64,000 nt of DNA, taken from NCBI RefSeq assembly GCF_009914755.1, contig NC_060937.1; one strand, given 5' to 3'. Below, piece by piece: positions 39,425 to 53,684 of this stretch. Each line of letters starts with the position of its first letter. Within the stretch, counting starts at the first letter, position 1. The DNA comes from the human T2T-CHM13v2.0 reference genome, Homo sapiens. Both the position numbers and the translations under genes were made by a program. Below the pieces are notes generated by a model, which saw only the letters and a program-made list of their open reading frames with translations, did not search any database and was not told where the DNA came from.

Positions 39425-42188
39425 GCCCAGAGCTCTCATTGTGATACTATTTCCTTCTTCCTTCTTTACTATTTAATTATTTCTTCTTACATGGCTGTTT
39501 ATTTTTATTAAAAAGTTCACAATCTCTGGATGAATATCAGTTTTACTCAATCTCTTATAATTTTTCCAGCTTAATCTTATGTGCAACTCAGGTAATTTAT
39601 TATATATTTTTATTACTCATGTATCACAGAATGATCTATACCCATGACTAATCATTTTGCCATAAGCAAAACTATTGAGCTCATTACTTGATTAAAATAA
39701 AAACAACAATTTAGTGTAGTAATCAATTTTCTGATAAAGATAAGAATTTGCCTAAAAGACAATACATAAAATGAGGAGTTTCTTTAATGTTCATTTAATC
39801 AAACTTATAAACGTTTTTAGTGTATAGCCTAATTTTTTATTTTAATTTTTTTAAACTGACAGAAGGTAAGATACGGTATTAAATAACACAATTATTTATA
39901 AACTAATAGATTAATAATGAATTGATCATTAAAAAAAACACAAGCCAGCGTACAGTTGTATTAGTCATTTGCTTTGGAAATTCAACATATCTAATTTTGG
40001 TATGGATTTCAATGTTAGCATTTTATTCTAAAGAAATAAATAAATTAGGTCATTTGTTTCTAAATTATAATGCAAGGGAGAGCCCTGCTGGCAGACTTTC
40101 ATAGATGCAGCAAGTAGACTCATAATAGAAGTAAACTGTCTTAGGAAAAGCAATAGTGAAGTGTAATACATCTGAATGTTTTTTGGCTCTGTATAGTCTA
40201 TATTCTAGAATTGAGTCTCATTAACTTTTAACTCAATGTGCACTGTGCTTTTGAAGCTATATAGCACCTTTCATGCAATTTTCCTATTGGAATAATCCAG
40301 AAATGTACAGTTAACTTTCTATGTGAATTTTATACACTTAGGAAAACAGGACACACGGTCTATGTTCAAGTATGATAAAGCAATTCTATTGCAGTATTGA
40401 ATTTATTAATATCTGACCTACTCACTAAATGCAGTTAACACATCTTGATTTCTTGATTTTTCTCTGTTTACTTCTTGTATTTAAAAGCTCTTTATTTCTA
40501 CCTCTAGGGAACATTTTAAAAGGGAAAAAATAGGGATTAAAAACTGAGAGAAAATTGCTCGTTTCCTACTTAAAGTCAGATTCAGGTATGAGCTGAGTAA
40601 AAGATCATAATGGGAAACTTAACAGAGTCCAGTAAATTTTCTACCCTCCCTGTAGGGTGGATTACTTTACATGTTATTTGCTTGTTTGTTTGGCATGAAT
40701 GTACAGACACAAAAAAATACACATATTTAAATATAAATGGAAAATTTTCCTGTGTCAGGCTTTTAATATGATCTATAATATTGCACTGCATGCCCCACTG
40801 CTCTCTACATTTGAGTGAATACTTGAGAGTTAACTACATATGTAGAGAAATGGTGGTAGCAATATTTAATACTTGAAAATTTAGAGCTGAATAATATATT
40901 AAAGCTTGAGGCATTGTCTTGAGTAATGGAATATTGAAAGCAAGCAAATCTCTTAATAAAAAGTACAAATAGAGAATAAACATTTTTAAAAATCATTGAT
41001 CAAACTTTTTGAGCTCCTGGTATGTCAACATAGTAAGCAAAATTTCACCATAATGGAATCGGTGAACTATATCTTCTACTGTTTTAGGGTGGTCACCTAT
41101 GGAAGTTTTGAAACAAGGTGTTCAGAAGAAACTAGTTTCTTCTGAAATGGAGTGATTAGAAGATCATGTGGGAAATGAGAAATATTTTGTTTATATTCAA
41201 TATTTATTAAAATAAAAATTCGATTCTATATTATAATAAATTATAATGTAATAAAATAGATATGATATATTGGGACGACTCTAAATTATGTTATAGTATG
41301 TCTGGTTGGGGCCCAAAGATCAGTATTTCTAAGCACTATGCCATATTTCATGTATCAAATCCCTACCCTTATAATGGTCATAATACAAAGGCATGTTCCT
41401 CAAGGCTATAGTTTTGTATACTTTTTCTCAGTGCACTCACAAATGAAATTCTATAAATATAATTAAAATATTTAAAGATTATCATAAAGGCAAAATGATA
41501 TTTTAATATTTTCTGGAATATCATTGCAAAATTATTAAGATAATAATATTAGTATTCAAATATGATTCGGTATCTGTCAATGTGTTAAAAAAATCATTGA
41601 GAATTCACCTTCACTGCCTTTCAGAAATCATAATATCTCTTTGAAGAATTACACTCATAATACATATTCCTACTTTGGTGAGCAAATTAGGCCAAAATGA
41701 ACAAACAACAATAAACAAAAATAATAGCGGAGTTTATAATACATTCATAGTTATGAATAATGCAAAATAAAATGCTTCCTCAAGGTCTGTGATTCTGTGT
41801 GTTCAATAAATCAGACTTTAGTTTATTGTTACCTATGGTTTGATGTGAGGGAAGTGGCATTTCCATTCCAAAAGTTGCTTTACTTTAGGGTTATCCACAC
41901 AGACATGGCCCAAACAGGAGCAGTAAGAGCTTAAGAGTCTCAGAGAAAAGAAAAGAAGAGGGGAATTTGGAGATATTTAATAATTCAAGAACACAATAGA
42001 ACCTCTGTGATCCATTAGAGAATATTGTATGTCTATAGGAAGTCCCTATCATTTGAGCTTTGTGTTTTAATACTTAAATATCTAAGCTTTCACTTACTAA
42101 TTACCTAGACTTCAGTTCTTTGCACCTTCCAGTAATAAATGAAAAAAATTAATAAAGGAGTTCAAGAAGGAAGAGAGGAGGAGAGAAG

Positions 42189-42619
42189 TGAAAATGACCC
42201 AATAGTCCCATAGACAGTTTTCTTCTTTTTTTTTTTTAATAAAGAAGGAAATTGACCCTCTGGGCTTAAACTCGGAATTTATATTCATTTTGTTTGAGTT
42301 CCTTTCTCAGGAAATGACTTTTAGGCTTCTCAAAGAAAGTATCAAAGAACTGAAACTCACCAGATCACAGCATCTAGACATGGAGATGCTGGACCCCATA
42401 TTCATCATGATTTCTTCCCTGCCACTCCCTGGTTCCCATTTTCTTATATATTGTTCCATTTCTTCTCTGCTATATAAACCCCTAGTTTTAGTCAGAGAGA
42501 TGGATTTGAGAATAATCTCCCATCTCCTCAGCTGCAGAACCCAATTAGGTGTCTCAGTGGTTAGTTTTCTGTGTTGCAAGCAGCAGGACCTAGACTGAAC
42601 CCTTGGTGTTTCAGTAACA
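42189..42619 (+). mobile_element. ERV-class solo LTR (subfamily uncertain), inserted in a GA-rich tract
   Basis: tgaaaatgacccaatagtcccatagac…tatataaa…gtttcagtaaca with TG…CA ends and perfect TSD gaag at 42185-42188 and 42620-42623. Confidence 0.85.
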
Positions 42620-42831
42620 GAAGGACAAAGAAGAGGATGAGGAAGAGGAGAAGGAGGCCGAGGAAAAGAAGAAGGAAAAAATAAAAATTATACTGTTAAG
42701 GGCAGCTGTGTCTATTCATACTGTTATGTAATTTTGTCTTATTTCCTCTGTTGTGTATATGTATGTGTGTGCTTGTGTCTTTTTGTGAACAAGTACACAT
42801 GGCCAATAAAATTATGTTAGAAAGAAAGGAC

Positions 42832-43129
42832 TTTTTTTTCTTTTTTTGAGACAGAGTCTTGCTCTTGTCGCCCAGGCTGGGGTGCAATGCCGCAATCTCC
42901 GCTCACTGCAAACTCGCTTTCCTGGGTTCAAATGATTCTTCTGCCTCAGCCTCCCGAGTAGCTGGGATTACAGGCACATGCCACCATGCCCAGCTAACGT
43001 TTTGTATTTTTAGTAGAGATGGGGTTTCACCATGTTGGCCAGGCTGGTCTCAAGCTCCTGACCTCATGATACGCCTGCCTCGGCCCCCCAAAGTGCTGGG
43101 ATTACAGGCGTGAGCCACCCTGCCCATCC
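42832..43129 (-). mobile_element. AluSq-like
   Basis: gctcttgtcgcccagg diagnostic; TSD agaaagga. Confidence 0.93.
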
Positions 43130-43994
43130 AGAAAGGATGATGCTTATGGGAAATCAATCAGATTATTCCCCCATGCCATCAGGAGCTATACCTCACCTTG
43201 AACCAGCATCATACCCGATGTAAATGTCTGAAGAATGATACGTTATAAAATGTTTTTACAAAATAATGACTGGCACGATGTTCGCTTACCTTTGAAAAAT
43301 TTTGAAAAAACTTTATGAAACTCTCCTGCACTATGTTTCTTTTATATACATATACACACATATAGAACACTTTTCTTTTATTCCCCAGACTGCAAGACAG
43401 AATACAATTATGTTTGTATGATTTTAAGAACAATTGTAACATTTGGCAATTAGATTACATCAGTGGAAGTTTTCAATAAACAAAAAAATTTTAGCCATGG
43501 AGAATCTGTCTTCAAAATTATAATCAGAATCTCTTATTGACAGAAATATAATAATGCAGAAAATTAGAAGATTGCATTAAAATTTTCATGCATTAGAAAT
43601 TTGCATTAAAATTATGTATTATTACAGTAGTATACTCTAGTTACACCAGAATATACCATGAACACTCCCCAAATGAGATTTAGGTAATATATTTTCCTCT
43701 AGATCACTGAAGGGCATAATAGCAGCATTTGCAATCATTGAAAGAGTTGAGTGTTATACTTAGCTTTCTATCTTCTTCCTTGCTTTAACATGGCACCGCC
43801 TGAAAGGGAAGATCAACAACTTCCAATTAAATTTTAGAAATGGAATAGTGTAAGATGATTCAGAATGTAGCCTCATTGCAAACTTTAGCAAGTTTTCCAT
43901 TCCTAAAAAAAGATTTCTTTTTGTTCTATAAAACAGCTAAGACAAAATTATCAAACAAGGAGAACTTCCAAAAATTGACATGTATTTTACCTAG

Positions 43995-44355
<361 letters not shown>

Positions 44356-44662
44356 CCAAGGACTTGGTTTTTAGCAAGAAACCTAGACATCCTTAAATGT
44401 AAAAAGGCTGTTTAATTAGATTTTCCTTGATATTTATCCTAATTTTGAAGAACAATGTATTAAACATTTCTTATTCTCACATTCTTATCAAACATTATTT
44501 AAATATAATAAGTTTAACCCATGAAACATGAGTATCAAAATTAGTTATTATGGATTAAATTAACTTGTAATTTGGGAGGTTAGATAACCCTCCAATATAT
44601 TTCTGTAATGTATTTACTTTCATATTCTTCTGGCTGAAACTCTACCTATTATTGCTTTAAGT

Positions 44663-45200
44663 CAGCAGTCCCCAGCCTTTTTGACACTGGGGATCAGTTT
44701 CATGGAAGACAATTTTTCCATAGACTGAGATTGCGGGAGAGATGGTTTCAGGATGATTCAAGCACATTACATTTATTATGTACTTCATTATTATTATTAT
44801 TATTATTATTACCATTGACATATATAGTGAAATAATTATACAACTCATCATAATGTAGAATCAGTGGAAGTCCTGAGCTTGTTTTCCTGCAACTAGAAGG
44901 TCCCATCTGGGGGTGATGGAAGACGTGACAGATCATCAGGCATTAGATTCTCATAAGGAGCAGGCTGACTAGATCCCTGGCATGCACAGGTCACAATAGG
45001 TTTGTGATCCTCTGAGAATCTAATGCTGTCACTGATCTGAAAGGAGGTAGAGCGTACCAGTAATGCCAGCCATAGGGACCAGCTGTGAATACAGAGGAAG
45101 CTTCACTCACTCACCTGCTGCTTACCTTCTGCTGTGTGTCCTGGTTCCTAACAGGCCACAGACCCGTACAGGTCTATGGCCCAGGGGTTGGAGATCCCTG
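44663..45200 (+). mobile_element. MER1A (hAT-Charlie MITE)
   Basis: TIRs cagcagtccccagcc and ggttggagatccctg; 8-bp TSD (c/t)tttaagt; internal (TTA)n. Confidence 0.92.
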
Positions 45201-45809
45201 TTTTAAGTGGCTGTGATAAAGTATTAAAATGTTAAGTTCCACTAATGTATCAAAGTGCAATAGAAGTTATGTTCCAAAGTGTGTTTCTACACTAAGAGGA
45301 AATTTATTAAATTATCAAATTGGTAACTGGTTACTAGTTTTTTATGATCCACACCTGTATTAAACCTATAAAAGGTTTCTGACTTTAAGCTGAGAAATTA
45401 AAGGATGAATTATGGACTGGCTAGCTTCTGAAAACGAAATGGCCTAGCTGGACAGAGGATGCATCCTGTGGACTGATGTGGGCTATCCATTAAAGAATGA
45501 CAATGTTTTGTTATCTTGGGCACTGATCTTAAGACATAAGTAAATCTAATGACAGAAAATCAAGATTTATCTAGATTCTTAGTGGATGGAGACAGATAAG
45601 TACTTAGCTAGAAAAGAGTTGCATTTGTCTCCATGTAAGGACTTGCTAATGCCAAGTGCAGGATCCCTAGAGATGTAGCAGCCACACTTGCAGACGCCAT
45701 GACAGGACCCAGTAGAAAAAAGAAAACTCGTTCCAGTCCCCAGTGACATGATAGTGGGCAAGTTCTGTATGATCTTTTCTGTCGTCTTCAGTTATGCTCA
45801 TCCTTAGCC

Positions 45810-46640
45810 CATCCTAAATCAACCTGCTGTGCCCTTCCTTTCAATTCATCCAGTCTCTTGCTTTTTCTTACCACAACCACTGCTATCTAATTATTTCTTG
45901 CTAATATCTTTTGGATAAGTGGTCTCCAACCTTTTTGGTAGCAGGGACAGGTGTCATGGAAGGTAATTTTTGTACAGATGGGTGAGGGGTGGGGTGGCTT
46001 CAGGATGAAACAATTCCACCTCAGAACATCAGGCATTAGTTATATTTTCATAAGACATGTGCAGCCTAGATCCCTCGCCTGATCAGTTCACAATAGGGTT
46101 CACGATCCTATGAGAATCTAGTGCCTCTGCTGATCTGACAGGAGGCAGAGCTCAGGTGGTAATCCTCTCTTGGTCCCCACTGACCTTGTGCTGTGTGGTC
46201 CAGTTCCTAACAGGTCACCATCCGGTACTGGTCCACAGCTTGGGGATTGGGGAACCCTGCTTTACATAACCAGACTCCTTCTAGAGTAGCCTGATTCCAG
46301 TTCATCTCCCATAACATTACTAGACTGGTACTCCTAATGTACAAATCTGACCATGTTGCTCGCCTATATAAAGCATGTAGGCCAAACACATTAGCGTAGT
46401 AATAAAGCCCTTTATTTATAGCTCACTCCTGCCTTCTGTTCCAGTCACATATGCTGGGCTTCTCTTATTTCTAAGACATAGAAGCCAAAATAAACTATCT
46501 AGAGTTTCTCAATTTTCAGTGTTCTTCAATTCCACCAAAATGATGTTTTCTCTGCTTAGAATGTCCAGCTCCTTTTTTTTGTTTTTGTTTTGGTAGCTAA
46601 TCCATACATGCCTTTTATAGTCAAATTCACCTGGATAACA
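45810..46640 (+). mobile_element. L2 fragment hosting MER1B
   Basis: …aatgtacaaatctgaccatgttgctcgcct…ttctctgcttagaatgtcc. Confidence 0.55.
45917..46259 (+). mobile_element. MER1B (hAT-Charlie MITE)
   Basis: ggtctccaacctttttgg…caggatgaaacaattccacctcag…ttggggaaccctg; shares blocks with the MER1A above. Confidence 0.9.
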
Positions 46641-46754
46641 AAAACATAGTTTTTAATTTACCAGTTTTGTGTTCAAGATGGCGTTCATCTTTCTGAGATT
46701 AAGTTATTGCCTGTGTAAAATGAGGAAAATTAAAAATGGTCTCATAGAAAAAAA

Positions 46755-47134
46755 AGAGTTAGCAAAGTTTTCCTATAAAGGGACATTCTGTAAACCATAT
46801 AGTCTTAGTCACAATTGGTTCTGTTGTTGTAGTATAAAAATAGCCATAAATGGCCTGGCACGACGGCTCATGCCTGTAATCATGAGCACTTGGGAGGCTG
46901 AGGCAGGTGGATCACAAGGTCAGGAGTTTGAGACCAGCCAGGCCAACATAGTGAAACCCCATCTCTACTAAAAATACAAAAATTAGCCAGGCGTGGTGAT
47001 GGGCACCTGTAATCCCAGGTACTCAGGAGGCTGAGGCAGGAGAAAGAATTGCTTGAACCTGGGAAGGTGGAGGTTGCAGTGAGCCGGGATGGTGCCATTG
47101 CACTCCAGCCCAGCCGGCAGTGTGAGACTCCGTC

Positions 47135-47165
<31 letters not shown>

Positions 47166-47240
47166 GCCATAAACAATATGTCATGAATGGGTCAGACTGT
47201 GTTTTAATAAATATGTACAGAAACAACTGAGGGCCTGCCT
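46755..47240 (+). mobile_element. MER58A-like fragment split by an Alu
   Basis: gttagcaaagttttcctataaaggg…gccataaacaatatg…gactgtgttttaataaa. Confidence 0.7.
46852..47162 (+). mobile_element. AluS (Sg-like)
   Basis: Full dimer with A/(TA)n tail; TSD atagccataaa at 46840-46850 and 47163-47173. Confidence 0.93.
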
Positions 47241-47816
47241 CACTCATAAAGTCATCACTTAATGTCCTTTTCCTTATATTCCTACTCAAATATGTTAAAT
47301 GCAAATTCTTAAACCAACCTTTTATGTAAAAGCCAAACAGCAAACAAGGTAAATCAGTAAAAACATACTAATATCAATTTCCTAACACCCAAAGAATTTA
47401 CAAATTTTGTGATTAAAAAGATTGTTCTTTTTATTTCAAAATGTGGAATAAATTTGGAAAATATGCATCAATTAATAGAATGAACAATAATAAAACATTT
47501 TTGCCTTGTTCATTAAAGGAAGTCCACTGCCCTGTGTGTATCTAAAAATTCTTTAAATAAAGATCAAATATTCTGAATGTATTAAAAAACTTGTTTGATA
47601 GAATAAAGTTAACCTGGATTATATTTGCATTTTACATTGTTAAAATGAATTTGAATTAGCACTGAAATATTGGGTTTATTTATATTTGACTATATAAGTT
47701 GCCTATTTTTTAGCTAGAAAATGTTTTAAAATAATTGTTTATTGATTATGGAAAATATTACATGCAGTTGACTTGGGACCCATGTAAATGTTAGGTTTAA
47801 AAATTCAGACTATATA

Positions 47817-48248
47817 CAATTGGCCCTTTAACAGTGGTTCCAACTCTTCACATAGTCAAATATCTACATACAACTATTGGCTTCCCAAAAACTTAACTAC
47901 TAAAAGCCTGCTCTTGACCAGAAGCCTTAACAATAACACAAATGGTCAATTAACACATAGTTTGTATGTTATATGTATTATATACGATGTTTTTACAATA
48001 ATGTAAGCCAAGGAAAACAAAATGTTATTAAGAAAATCATAAGGAAGAGAAAATATATTTACTATTCATTACATGGGAGTGAATCATCATAAAGGTCTTT
48101 ATGTTGGTTGTCTTCATATTGAGTAGGGTGAGGAGGAAGAAGAAGAGGAGAGGTTGGTCTTGCTTTCCCAACAGTGGCAGAGGCAGAGAAATATATGCAT
48201 ATGAGTGAACCCAGGCAATTCAAACCTGTGTTGTTCAAGCGCCAAATG
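47817..48248. mobile_element. Tigger2a/MER28-type DNA transposon
   Basis: TA|caattggccc…ccaaaaacttaactactaa…gaaaatcataaggaagagaaaatatatttact…ttcaaacctgtgttgttcaag; ~430 bp. Confidence 0.85.
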
Positions 48249-50044
48249 TGTATTTTCTAATCTACTTAGATTTATTAGATTTGCTCTATATTCATAACTG
48301 TGCAGTCTTTGGGTAATTAACTAATTTGCAAATGTAGATTAATCATTTTCCTAATGTGCAAAATACAAAGCAATATTGGGCACTGAAAATACCTAATATG
48401 TAAATTTCATGAAGAAAAAATTATTTGAGATATATAAGAGGATCTTTGAATGCGGCATTCTATTACAATGATAAAACTCTAGGAAGTCAAGAAAAAAAAT
48501 CAATGAAAGCATGGACACAAACCACATGGCATTATGTGCTAGGGGGCTTTTTTTTTTTTTTTAACTTGTGCAGAACTGATAGTCAAGCACCATAACTAAG
48601 GCCAGACAGTATAGATCCCACATTCTGAGTTCAGAGAATCACCTGTCCTGAGGGCAACCACCTCCCTATACCTACTGAGAGTTGTCATTTTAACAGATCC
48701 TAAAGAACAAAGTACCTCCATCTCACTGCTGTGTTTATATAGGAAATATGCCTTTTTTTTTGGAAAGCAGGGCATATTTTTTAATAGAAGCTGCTCTCTC
48801 CCCTCTTCCTTTCTAGTAATAGTTAATAGAGTAGCAGGCTCCCTTCCTTAAACCAAGGAAGAAACCCTAAAATAATCATTCACATCTGGGTAACTATAAA
48901 GAGGGAGGCTTGCTGACCTGACCATGGATACAGAAAAAATATTGAGAGGAGACAACTAAGTGGACTGGACAGGTAGAAAGGGACCAGGACCATCTTCTTT
49001 TGTATCTAATTTCTGTGATGTGTGGAAAACAGCTCATCCTCTCAGAACCCACAGTGAACCCTCAAAAAGTACTGAATATTCAAAATTTTGGCCTTGCCAG
49101 GATGCAATGTGAGGCAAAGTACAACAATCAGAAGATTGCACAATAGACCAGCAGCTCAAAAGCAGAAGATATATCCAAATTTTCCAGTTTTTTAAAGGCC
49201 ATCAGTGCCTAGGGAAGCTGTTTGAGATGATATGATCATCAGCAAAGCCTGTGGAAGAAACCATTTTATCACATTAAATCCATATACACAATGGGATGAA
49301 TGTTTACTAAGAATAACTTTACTGAAGCAGCTTTGAGAACTATTAATTATGATGAAATATGCGCGAAGACCTGAATGAGGAGAAATTACATACAACACTC
49401 ACCAAACCTTTTTGTGAACATAACTTTGGCTGCATTGGTATTGGCATAATGGAAATTTCAAGAACCATTTGAATAGAATACAACTGTGGAACAAAAAATT
49501 ATGGAAAATGGTTAAAAATTACAAAAACTGAATAACTCAGTACCACCAATAACTATGCAAGTGTGTCCATATAACTTCACATCTCAGTATTTTCCTTTCT
49601 ATCACCCTAAAAAAATTAAATGAATGATGTAGTCCATGAAGTTCATCTCAGTAAAATAATGACATGATTTCAGTTACATACAGGCAAACCTTTTGCAATT
49701 GTCTATACTGTATTTAAATTACAGGAAACATCAGGTCAAGTTATAAAGTTGGATATTATATTTTTTACTATATTATATAGAAATAGAAATCAGTTTGATA
49801 AATTCAATGAATCATCTAGTAAATTTAGTAGGAGAAAAATCAATCAACTGCATTATTCTTCTGAACTAATATGCTTCAAAGGTAGAAAGTCAATCTGGAA
49901 ATCCCTAAGAACACACAGTCAATCATTGAGGATTAATGGAATCACTTATGGAAAGAAAAGAAATACTCCTGAGAATTGCAGGTGCAAATGAAGCAATGTG
50001 CTTGTGTGAAAAGCATGCCAAATTAATAGTCAAAAGATCTGGCT

Positions 50045-50580
50045 CATCCCATTACTGGGTATATACCCAAAGGATTATAAATCATGCTGCTATAAAGACA
50101 CACGCACACGTATGTTTATTGCGGCACTATTCACAATAGCAAAGACTTGGAACCAACCTAAATGTCCAACAACGATAGACTGGATTAAGAAAATGTGGCA
50201 CATATACACCATGGACTACTATGCAGACATAAAAAATGATCAGTTCATGTCCTTTGTAAGGACATGGATGAAGCTGGAAACCATCATTCTCAGCAAACTA
50301 TCGCAAGGACAAAAAACCAAACACTGCATGTTCTCACTCATAGGTGGGAATTGAACAATGAGAACACATGGACACAGGAAGGGGAACATCACACACCAGG
50401 GACTGTTGTGGGGTGGGGGGAGGGGGAGGGATAGCTTTAGGAGATACACCTAATGCTAAATGACGAGTTAATGGGTGCAGCACACCAACATGGCACATGT
50501 ATACATATGTAACAAACCAGCACGTTGTGCACATGTACCCTAAAACTTAAAGTTTAATAATAATAAAATTAAAAAAAAAA
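50045..50580 (+). mobile_element. 5'-truncated L1PA3/PA4-like
   Basis: ORF 50112..50354 is the ORF2p last 80 aa; G-rich 3'UTR and poly(A); perfect 15-bp TSD aaaagatctggctca at 50032-50046 and 50578-50592. Confidence 0.96.
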
Positions 50581-51079
50581 AGATCTGGCTCAAGCACGAC
50601 TTACACAAATTCAGTATATAAGCACGGGCAAAGAATTTAACTTTTTGGGGTTTCCTTGATCAAATCTATAACAAAAGGACATTTAAAATTCAGTGGTTTT
50701 ATCATTTTCTTTAACGTTTTAAACATTAGTCATCATGCTGCAGTGCAGCTATTACAAGAAGCCCAATAACTGGGCCTGAAGTTGGATTGTCAGTTGGCGA
50801 TCACAGGACAAAATCTGGAATCTCTGCTGACTCATATTCCTCCTTATTTCCTCAAGAAACGCCCTGTGAAATAGAAGCATGAATTCTATGGACCTAGGGA
50901 TCACAGTTTATAATCTTCAAGAGAGAAAATTTGGATTATGCCCCCATATATATATAAAATTCAGAAGTAGGAGAAAGAAAACACTACTTTTATGAAATTC
51001 TTTTTTTGCTCAGATTTTTTCTTTAGTTAAACAAAAAAAAATTTAATCTCTGTGTTTTATTTGGATTTCTTATTATTTA

Positions 51080-51157
51080 TTAAGATAATAAATGTATGCT
51101 GTTTTATGGCATTAAGTTTATGGTAATTTGTTATGACAGCAATAATAAACTACAATA
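51080..51157 (+). mobile_element. MLT1 LTR 3'-end fragment
   Basis: gataataaatgtatgctgtttta…aagtttatggtaatttgttatgacagcaata. Confidence 0.7.
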
Positions 51158-51559
51158 TAGTGTAAGAAATAATATTGAGAAGCAACACTATGATTATCAC
51201 TCTATAAAACATTTGGTCACTCCACACGGTGGTATTATTTCTTTAAAACAAGTCAAATCACTTGTGAAATTCTAAAATAGCCAATGAATCTTTTAATCTT
51301 GTTCTCTAACTTTTAATTTTTCTTTCAACTTAAGGAAAATCCAGCAAACTTATTTTTATTCCATATATCATTTCAATATCTTACATGAAATTGTTAAATA
51401 ATTTAGTACAATCTCCTTAGAGGGACATTTTTAAAATAGAGTTAAATATGCCTTAATCCGATGTCTGTAAAAACTGAAGTATGTTCCACACATTGCTTTC
51501 TTCACAGTTATAGGGCATGTTCAGATTGTTATTACTTTAATCAGGAATTTTTGAAGCAA

Positions 51560-51735
51560 CTTATATATATTGTATATTACAAAATAGCTAGAAGAGAGGC
51601 TTTTCAACATTCTTACCACAAAGAAATGATAAATGCATGAGATGATCAATGACTGAAGATATGCTAACTACTCTGATTTGATAACTATATATCATAAATA
51701 TATATCGTACATTAAAAATAAATTAATTAAAAAAT
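51560..51735 (+). mobile_element. L1MA 3'UTR fragment
   Basis: aaaatagctagaagagagg…cacaaagaaatgataaatg…atgctaactactctgatttga. Confidence 0.8.
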
Positions 51736-51842
51736 ATTTTGTATACAAAGTTAAGGCACCCAGGTTTACTGCTATCTTTAAAGATATTTTGAAAGTAGAG
51801 GAAACTTAACTGATCGAGGAATCCCATTAATTACATGTTCCC

Positions 51843-52236
51843 TGTATTTTAGTCTGCTAGAGACATTATAACAGAATACCACAGATGGGGTGGCTTAAAC
51901 AACAGAAGGTTATTTTCTCACAGTTATCTAGGCTGGAAGTTCAAGATCAAGGTGCCAGCAGGGTTGGTTTCTGGTGAGGCCTCTCTGTAGCTCACAGAGG
52001 GCCACTGCCTTCTCATTGTGTCCTCAGATGGCCTTTCTTCTGTACCCTCTGTACCTACACACTCCTGGTTTCTCCCTCTTCTTATAAGGACACAAGATCT
52101 ATTGCATTGGGGTTTCACCCTTATAACATCATTTAACCCTAATTACCCCTTAAAAGGCCCTGTCTACAAACAGAGTCACATTGAGGATTAGGGATTAAAC
52201 ACAAGAATTTTGAATTTCCCAACTCAATCTATGACA
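51843..52236 (-). mobile_element. MLT1A-type MaLR LTR
   Basis: aataccacagatggggtggcttaaacaacagaa…ggctggaagttcaagatcaaggtgccagca…cttataaggacac. Confidence 0.88.
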
Positions 52237-52477
52237 TTTTCTAACAGTCTAACCCATCAAGCGGTGAGAAACCATGAGATGTTCCAGTTGTACGTTCTAG
52301 GTCATATATTAAAAAGCAGCCATTAACTGATGTACATAGATCTGAAATAACATTTAACTGAGTGAGTGGATAATGCGATTCGGGAAGAAATTCCAAAGTG
52401 TGTATGTTGACGCACTGCTCTCATGAGATCTCAGAATTGTATCGCTTTAACAATCTAAACAAAGTTTAGAAACTAAA

Positions 52478-52560
52478 AGGAGAGAGAGGAAGAGAGATAA
52501 GAAAAAAGGAGTAGGAGGAAGAGATGAAAAGGGAAGGAGGGAGAGAGAAAAGAAGACCAA
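52478..52560. repeat. GA-rich low-complexity tract
   Basis: Nearly pure purine run. Confidence 0.8.
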
Positions 52561-53684
52561 TAAATGCCACTAATTAGGGAGAAGGACTAGGGAAAAATTA
52601 TCACAGTATGAAAATATTCAAGAAAGGCAGCAGGTTATATGGGAGAATAAGAGCCAGTATTCAACCATTTTAGAAAGTATTTAGGTGTTGATTATGTAAT
52701 TTCAAGGACTAGATTAAAATACAAGTTAATAATATCCCAGTATATGTTATAGCCTAGCTTATCAAAAAATAAATCCCATTAACACCCGTTTTGAACTATG
52801 CTGAACTTTAAAGGACAAGGCAATAATCATGATCAAGATTTTAGCATATATTAATGCCAACAGCTATGAAAGTAAGTCTATATAGAAAACAATAAAATAA
52901 ATATCCTCTGTTTTGCCCATATAGAGGATTAATGGCTGGTTTGTTCCAGAATACTGATAAGGGGGCCTAACAGTAAAGAAAGAAAAAAAAATTAGACATT
53001 CTGGAGTTTAGCCCTAAATAAAGTAACAGAATGTTTGTTACTATAATAGAATTCCATTATATAGAGAGGATAGTGTTACATGAAGCCAAAAAGAAATTAT
53101 TTTGAGAAAATACTTACCTGTTTTTAGGATATGATGTACAAGAGTTTTAATAGTCCTACTCTTCCTCCTTGTGTCTACAAAACATATATAAATGTCTATA
53201 TTTACTGTGGTAAGCAGAATAATGGCCCTCCAAAGATGTCCACATTATAATTCCTGGAAACCAGGAATATGATACAGTAGATGGCAGAATGGGATTTTGC
53301 AGATGAATTTAAGTTTTCAACCATAAAATAAGAAAATTATTTTAGATTATGCAGATAGGCCAAATATAATCATATGGACCTTTCAAAGGGCAAGAAGACA
53401 GTGGAAGAACCAGAGAGGAGTAGTTGAAGAAAAAGCAGAAAAGGTTTGAGACATGCCAGGGAGACAGTCCTCCGTTCTGGCTTTCAAGGTAGAAGTAGGG
53501 GTCTAGGATAGTGGCCAATAAGAGCAAGCAACAGCCTGCAGCTGATAGCCAGCAGGAAAATGAGAACCTTAGTCAGAAAACCATAAGGAGCTAAAATTTG
53601 CAAACAATCTGCAAAAGCCTGGAAGTGGATTCTCCCCCAGAGCCTCCAGCAGAGGATTCTGCCTTGCTGACACTTTGGGGTCTC

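Noticed and set aside
48600-50030. Moderately GC-rich unassigned stretch with short ORFs
   Set aside because: Could not be assigned to a gene, pseudogene or named repeat with any support.
50410-50430. G-quadruplex motif
   Set aside because: Standard L1PA 3'UTR G-tract, not locus-specific.
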